Positions 55,801 through 64,000 of a DNA stretch of 64,000 nt are shown here, in pieces (within the stretch, counting starts at the first letter, position 1; each line of letters starts with the position of its first letter). A program made the position numbers and the translations under genes. The notes under the pieces were generated by a model, which worked only from the letters and a program-made list of their open reading frames with translations, searched no databases and was not told where the DNA came from. The stretch is from Eledone cirrhosa (taxonomy: Eukaryota): the NCBI GenBank assembly GCA_964016885.1, contig OZ024763.1, forward strand, positions 24,986,001 through 25,050,000, in the 5' to 3' direction.

Positions 55801-58800
55801 CCAGTCCACTGTGTCCTTGAACAAGACTCTTTATTTCACGTTACTCCAGTCCACTGTGTCCTTGAACAAGACACTTTATTTCACGTTACTCCAGTCCACT
55901 GTGTCCTTGAACAAGACACTTTATTTCACGTTACTCCAGTCCACTGTGTCCTTGAACAAGACACTTTATTTCACGTTACTCCAGTCCAGTATGTCCTTCA
56001 ACAAGACACTTTATTTCACGTTACTCCAGTCCACTGTGTCCTTCAACAAGACACTTTATTTCACGTTACTCCAGTCCACTGTGTCCTTCAACAAGACACT
56101 TTATTTCACGTTACTCCAGTCCACTGTGTCCTTGAACAAGACTCTTTATTTCACGTTACTCCAGTCCACTGTGTCCTTGAACAAGACACTTTATTTCACG
56201 TTACTCCAGTCCACTGTGTCCTTGAACAAGACACTTTATTTCACGTTACTCCAGTCCACTGTGTCCTTGAACAAGACACTTTATTTCACGTTACTCCAGT
56301 CCAGTATGTCCTTCAACAAGACACTTTATTTCACGTTACTCCAGTCCACTGTGTCCTTGAGCAAGACACTTTATTTCACGTTACTCCAGTCCAGTATGTC
56401 CTTGAACAAGACACTTTATTTCACGTTACTCCAGTTCACTGTGTCCTTGAGCAAGACACTTTATTTCACGTTACTCCAGTCCAGTATGTCCTTCAACAAG
56501 ACACTTTATTTCACGTTACTCCAGTCCACTGTGTCCTTCAACAAGACACTTTATTTCACGTTACTCCAGTCCACTGTGTCCTTGAACAAGACACTTTATT
56601 TCACGTTACTCCAGTCCACTGTGTCCTTCAACAAGACACTTTATTTCACGTTGCTCCAGTCCACTGTGTCCTTGAACAAGACACTTTATTTCACGTTGCT
56701 CCAGTCCACTGTGTCCTTGAACAAGACACTTTATTTCACGTTGCTGCAGTCCAGTATGTCCTTCAACATGACACTTTATTTCACGTTACTCCAGTCCACT
56801 ATGTCCTTCAACAAGACACTTTATTTCACGTTACTCCAGTCCACTGTGTCCTTGAACAAGACACTTTATTTCACGTTACTCCAGTCCACTGTGTCCTTCA
56901 ACAAGACACTTTATTTCACGTTACTCCAGTCCACTGTGTCCTTGAACAAGACACTTTATTTCACGTTACTCCAGTCCACTGTGTCCTTGAACAAGACACT
57001 TTATTTCACGTTACTCCAGTCCACTGTGTCCTTCAACAAGACACTTTATTTCACGTTACTCCAGTCCACTGTGTCCTTCAACAAGACACTTTATTTCACG
57101 TTACTCCAGTCCACTGTGTCCTTCAACAAGACACTTTATTTCACGTTACTCCAGTCCACTGTGTCCTTCAACAAGACACTTTATTTCACGTTACTCCAGT
57201 CCACTGTGTCCTTCAACAAGACACTTTATTTCACGTTACTCCAGTCCACTGTGTCCTTCAACAAGACACTTTATTTCACGTTACTCCAGTCCACTGTGTC
57301 CTTCAACAAGACACTTTATTTCACGTTACTCCAGTCCACTGTGTCCTTCAACAAGACACTTTATTTCACGTTACTCCAGTCCACTGTGTCCTTCAACAAG
57401 ACACTTTATTTCACGTTACTCCAGTCCACTGTGTCCTTCAACAAGACACTTTATTTCACGTTACTCCAGTCCAGTATGACCTTGAACAAGACACTTTATT
57501 TCACGTTACTCCAGTCCACTATGTCCTTGAACAAGACACTTTATTTCACGTTACTCCAGTCCACTGTGTCCTTGAACAAGACACTTTATTTCACGTTACT
57601 CCAGTCCACTATGTCCTTCAACAAGACACTTTATTTCACGTTACTCCAGTCCACTGTGTCCTTCAACAAGACACTTTATTTCACGTTACTCCAGTCCACT
57701 GTGTCCTTGAACAAGACACTTTATTTCACGTTACTCCAGTCCACTGTGTCCTTCAACAAGACACTTTATTTCACGTTACTCCAGTCCACTGTGTCCTTCA
57801 ACAAGACACTTTATTTCACGTTACTCCAGTCCACTGTGTCCTTCAACAAGACACTTTATTTCACGTTACTCCACTCCACTGTGTCCTTGAACAAGACACT
57901 TTATTTCACGTTACTCCAGTCCAGTATGTCCTTGAACAAGACACTTTATTTCACGTTACTCCAGTCCACTGTGTCCTTGAACAAGACACTTTATTTCACG
58001 TTACTCCAGTCCACTGTGTCCTTGAACAAGACACTTTATTTCACGTTACTCCAGTCCACTGTGTCCTTGAACAAGACACTTTATTTCACGTTACTCCAGT
58101 CCACTGTGTCCTTCAACAAGACACTTTATTTCACGTTACTCCAGTCCACTGTGTCCTTGAACAAGACACTTTATTTCACGTTACTCCAGTCCACTGTGTC
58201 CTTGAACAAGACACTTTATTTCACGTTACTCCAGTCCACTGTGTCCTTCAACAAGACACTTTATTTCACGTTGCTGCAGTCCAGTATGTCCTTCAACATG
58301 ACACTTTATTTCACGTTACTCCAGTCCACTATGTCCTTCAACAAGACACTTTATTTCACGTTACTCCCGTCCACTGTGTCCTTGAACAAGACACTTTATT
58401 TCACGTTACTCCAGTCCACTGTGTCCTTGAACAAGACACTTTATTTCACGTTACTCCAGTCCACTGTGTCCTTGAACAAGACACTTTATTTCACGTTACT
58501 CCAGTCCACTGTGTCCTTCAACAAGACACTTTATTTCACGTTACTCCAGTCCACTGTGTCCTTCAACAAGACACTTTATTTCACGTTACTCCAGTCCACT
58601 GTGTCCTTCAACAAGACACTTTATTTCACGTTACTCCAGTCCACTGTGTCCTTCAACAAGACACTTTATTTCACGTTACTCCAGTCCACTGTGTCCTTCA
58701 ACAAGACACTTTATTTCACGTTACTCCAGTCCACTGTGTCCTTGAACAAGACTCTTTATTTCACGTTACTCCAGTCCACTGTGTCCTTGAACAAGACACT

Positions 58801-61800
58801 TTATTTCACGTTACTCCAGTCCACTGTGTCCTTGAACAAGACACTTTATTTCACGTTACTCCAGTCCACTGTGTCCTTGAACAAGACACTTTATTTCACG
58901 TTACTCCAGTCCACTGTGTCCTTGAACAAGACACTTTATTTCACGTTACTCCAGTCCACTGTGTCCTTCAACAAGACACTTTATTTCACGTTGCTGCAGT
59001 CCAGTATGTCCTTCAACATGACACTTTATTTCACGTTACTCCAGTCCACTATGTCCTTCAACAAGACACTTTATTTCACGTTACTCCCGTCCACTGTGTC
59101 CTTGAACAAGACACTTTATTTCACGTTACTCCAGTCCACTGTGTCCTTGAACAAGACACTTTATTTCACGTTACTCCAGTCCACTGTGTCCTTCAACAAG
59201 ACACTTTATTTCACGTTGCTGCAGTCCAGTATGTCCTTCAACATGACACTTTATTTCACGTTACTCCAGTCCACTATGTCCTTCAACAAGACACTTTATT
59301 TCACGTTACTCCCGTCCACTGTGTCCTTGAACAAGACACTTTATTTCACGTTACTCCAGTCCACTGTGTCCTTGAACAAGACACTTTATTTCACGTTACT
59401 CCAGTCCACTGTGTCCTTGAACAAGACACTTTATTTCACGTTACTCCAGTCCACTGTGTCCTTGAACAAGACACTTTATTTCACGTTACTCCAGTCCACT
59501 GTGTCCTTGAACAAGACACTTTATTTCACGTTACTCCAGTCCACTGTGTCCTTCAACAAGACACTTTATTTCACGTTGCTGCAGTCCAGTATGTCCTTCA
59601 ACATGACACTTTATTTCACGTTACTCCAGTCCACTATGTCCTTCAACAAGACACTTTATTTCACGTTACTCCCGTCCACTGTGTCCTTGAACAAGACACT
59701 TTATTTCACGTTACTCCAGTCCACTGTGTCCTTGAACAAGACACTTTATTTCACGTTACTCCAGTCCACTGTGTCCTTCAACAAGACACTTTATTTCACG
59801 TTGCTGCAGTCCAGTATGTCCTTCAACATGACACTTTATTTCACGTTACTCCCGTCCACTGTGTCCTTGAACAAGACACTTTATTTCACGTTACTCCAGT
59901 CCACTGTGTCCTTGAACAAGACACTTTATTTCACGTTACTCCAGTCCACTGTGTCCTTGAACAAGACACTTTATTTCACGTTACTCCAGTCCACTGTGTC
60001 CTTGAACAAGACACTTTATTTCACGTTACTCCAGTCCACTGTGTCCTTCAACAAGACACTTTATTTCACGTTGCTGCAGTCCAGTATGTCCTTCAACATG
60101 ACACTTTATTTCACGTTACTCCAGTCCACTATGTCCTTCAACAAGACACTTTATTTCACGTTACTCCCGTCCACTGTGTCCTTGAACAAGACACTTTATT
60201 TCACGTTACTCCAGTCCACTGTGTCCTTGAACAAGACACTTTATTTCACGTTACTCCAGTCCACTGTGTCCTTCAACAAGACACTTTATTTCACGTTGCT
60301 GCAGTCCAGTATGTCCTTCAACATGACACTTTATTTCACGTTACTCCAGTCCACTATGTCCTTCAACAAGACACTTTATTTCACGTTACTCCAGTCCACT
60401 ATGTCCTTCAACAAGACACTTTATTTCACGTTACTCCAGTCCACTGTGTCCTTGAACAAGACACTTTATTTCACGTTACTCCAGTCCACTGTGTCCTTGA
60501 ACAAGACACTTTATTTCACGTTACTCCAGTCCACTGTGTCCTTGAACAAGACACTTTATTTCACGTTACTCCAGTCCACTGTGTCCTTCAACAAGACACT
60601 TTATTTCACGTTACTCCAGTCCACTGTGTCCTTGAACAAGACACTTTATTTCACGTTACTCCAGTCCACTGTGTCCTTCAACAAGACACTTTATTTCACG
60701 TTACTCCAGTCCACTGTGTCCTTCAACAAGACACTTTATTTCACGTTACTCCAGTCCACTGTGTCCTTCAACAAGACACTTTATTTCACGTTACTCCAGT
60801 CCACTGTGTCCTTGAACAAGACTCTTTATTTCACGTTACTCCAGTCCACTGTGTCCTTGAACAAGACACTTTATTTCACGTTACTCCAGTCCACTGTGTC
60901 CTTGAACAAGACACTTTATTTCACGTTACTCCAGTCCACTGTGTCCTTGAACAAGACACTTTATTTCACGTTACTCCAGTCCAGTATGTCCTTCAACAAG
61001 ACACTTTATTTCACGTTACTCCAGTCCACTGTGTCCTTCAACAAGACACTTTATTTCACGTTACTCCAGTCCACTGTGTCCTTCAACAAGACACTTTATT
61101 TCACGTTACTCCAGTCCACTGTGTCCTTGAACAAGACTCTTTATTTCACGTTACTCCAGTCCACTGTGTCCTTGAACAAGACACTTTATTTCACGTTACT
61201 CCAGTCCACTGTGTCCTTGAACAAGACACTTTATTTCACGTTACTCCAGTCCACTGTGTCCTTGAACAAGACACTTTATTTCACGTTACTCCAGTCCAGT
61301 ATGTCCTTCAACAAGACACTTTATTTCACGTTACTCCAGTCCACTGTGTCCTTGAGCAAGACACTTTATTTCACGTTACTCCAGTCCAGTATGTCCTTGA
61401 ACAAGACACTTTATTTCACGTTACTCCAGTTCACTGTGTCCTTGAGCAAGACACTTTATTTCACGTTACTCCAGTCCAGTATGTCCTTCAACAAGACACT
61501 TTATTTCACGTTACTCCAGTCCACTGTGTCCTTCAACAAGACACTTTATTTCACGTTACTCCAGTCCACTGTGTCCTTGAACAAGACACTTTATTTCACG
61601 TTACTCCAGTCCACTGTGTCCTTCAACAAGACACTTTATTTCACGTTGCTCCAGTCCACTGTGTCCTTGAACAAGACACTTTATTTCACGTTGCTCCAGT
61701 CCACTGTGTCCTTGAACAAGACACTTTATTTCACGTTGCTGCAGTCCAGTATGTCCTTCAACATGACACTTTATTTCACGTTACTCCAGTCCACTATGTC

Positions 61801-64000
61801 CTTCAACAAGACACTTTATTTCACGTTACTCCAGTCCACTGTGTCCTTGAACAAGACACTTTATTTCACGTTACTCCAGTCCACTGTGTCCTTCAACAAG
61901 ACACTTTATTTCACGTTACTCCAGTCCACTGTGTCCTTGAACAAGACACTTTATTTCACGTTACTCCAGTCCACTGTGTCCTTGAACAAGACACTTTATT
62001 TCACGTTACTCCAGTCCACTGTGTCCTTCAACAAGACACTTTATTTCACGTTACTCCAGTCCACTGTGTCCTTCAACAAGACACTTTATTTCACGTTACT
62101 CCAGTCCACTGTGTCCTTCAACAAGACACTTTATTTCACGTTACTCCAGTCCACTGTGTCCTTCAACAAGACACTTTATTTCACGTTACTCCAGTCCACT
62201 GTGTCCTTCAACAAGACACTTTATTTCACGTTACTCCAGTCCACTGTGTCCTTCAACAAGACACTTTATTTCACGTTACTCCAGTCCACTGTGTCCTTCA
62301 ACAAGACACTTTATTTCACGTTACTCCAGTCCACTGTGTCCTTCAACAAGACACTTTATTTCACGTTACTCCAGTCCACTGTGTCCTTCAACAAGACACT
62401 TTATTTCACGTTACTCCAGTCCAGTATGTCCTTGAACAAGACACTTTATTTCACGTTACTCCAGTCCACTATGTCCTTGAACAAGACACTTTATTTCACG
62501 TTACTCCAGTCCACTGTGTCCTTGAACAAGACACTTTATTTCACGTTACTCCAGTCCACTATGTCCTTCAACAAGACACTTTATTTCACGTTACTCCAGT
62601 CCACTATGTCCTTCAACAAGACACTTTATTTCACGTTGCTCCAGTCCACTATGTCCTTCAACAAGACACTTTATTTCACGTTACTCCAGTCCACTATGTC
62701 CTTCAACAAGACACTTTATTTCACGGTGCTCCAGTCCACTATGTCCTTCAACAAGACACTTTATTTCACGTTACTGCAGTCCAGTATGTCCTTGAACAAG
62801 ACACTTTATTTCACGTTACTCCAGTCCACTATGTCCTTGAACAAGACACTTTATTTCACGTTACTCCAGTCCACTGTGTCCTTCAACAAGACACTTTACT
62901 TCACGTTGCTCCAGTCCACTGTGTCCTTGAACAAGACACTTTATTTCACGTTACTCCAGTCCACTGTGTCCTTCAACAAGACACTTTATTTCACGTTGCT
63001 CCAGTCCACTGTGTCCTTGAACAAGACACTTTATTTCACGTTACTCCAGTCCACTGTGTCCTTGAACAAGACACTTTATTACACGTTACTCCAGTCCACT
63101 GTGTCCTTGAACAAGACACTTTATTACACGTTACTCCAGTCCACTGTGTCCTTCAACAAGACACTTTATTACACGTTACTCCAGTCCACTGTGTCCTTGA
63201 ACAAGACACTTTATTACACGTTACTCCAGTCCACTGTGTCCTTGAACAAGACACTTTATTACACGTTACTCCAGTCCACTGTGTCCTTGAACAAGACACT
63301 TTATTACACGTTACTCCAGTCCGCTGTGTCCTTGAACAAGACACTTTATTTCACGTTACTCCAGTCCACTGTGTCCTTCAACAAGACACTTTATTACACG
63401 TTACTCCAGTCCACTGTGTCCTTGAACAAGACACTTTAATACACGTTACTCCAGTCCACTGTGTCCTTGAACAAGACACTTTATTACACGTTACTCCAGT
63501 CCACTGTGTCCTTGAACAAGACACTTTATTACACGTTACTCCAGTCCACTGTGTCCTTGAACAAGACACTTTATTTCACGTTACTCCAGTCCACTGTGTC
63601 CTTCAACAAGACACTTTATTACACGTTACTCCAGTCCACTGTGTCCTTGAACAAGACACTTTATTACACGTTACTCCAGTCCACTGTGTCCTTGAACAAG
63701 ACACTTTATTTCACGTTACTCCAGTCCACTGTGTCCTTCAACAAGACACTTTATTTCACGTTACTCCAGTCCACTGTGTCCTTCAACAAGACACTTTATT
63801 TCACGTTACTCCAGTCCAGTATGTCCTTCAACAAGACACTTTATTTCACGTTACTCCAGTCCACGTTGTCCTTGAGCAAGACACTTTATTTCACGTTACT
63901 CCAGTCCAGTATGTCCTTCAACAAGACACTTTATTTCACGTTACTCCAGTCCACTGTGTCCTTCAACAAGACACTTTATTACACGTTACTCCAGTCCACT
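34873..64000. repeat. 45-bp satellite, ~645 copies, runs off the window end
   Basis: Unit acactttatttcacgttactccagtccactgtgtccttgaacaag; a single net phase shift at 36901-36925. Confidence 0.98.

Noticed and set aside
34605-63439. Giant ORFs of 786, 2057, 1007 and 5737 aa
   Set aside because: The 45-bp unit is a multiple of 3 and stop-free in two frames; the ORFs begin in antisense LINE sequence, switch frame at the 20-bp deletion, contain duplicated stops and show no synonymous bias
34873-64000. CRISPR-like array
   Set aside because: No unique spacers, no cas genes, eukaryotic repeat context

Overview
Gene-free, repeat-dominated eukaryotic DNA; the SINE, microsatellite and LINE content resembles an octopus/cephalopod genome (inference). 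No credible protein-coding gene was found: the long ORFs are microsatellite or satellite read-through, and a few short ORFs are LINE remnants. Bases 1-34.9 kb are (TA)n/(CA)n/(GA)n/(GGT)n microsatellites with small unique islands. These islands contain RTE-like and Tx1/L1-like LINE remnants, tRNA-derived SINEs, many fold-back palindromes and about 12 type I hammerhead-ribozyme (HHR) motifs, intact or decayed, plus half motifs, from several unrelated small element families. The HHR elements resemble Penelope pLTRs or retrozymes: several have inverted heads, show stem I covariation, and are preceded by octamer or CCAAT/TATA motifs. From ~34.87 kb to the end is a 45-bp satellite (~645 copies) whose unit resembles a CORE-SINE central domain and shows kb-scale higher-order duplications.
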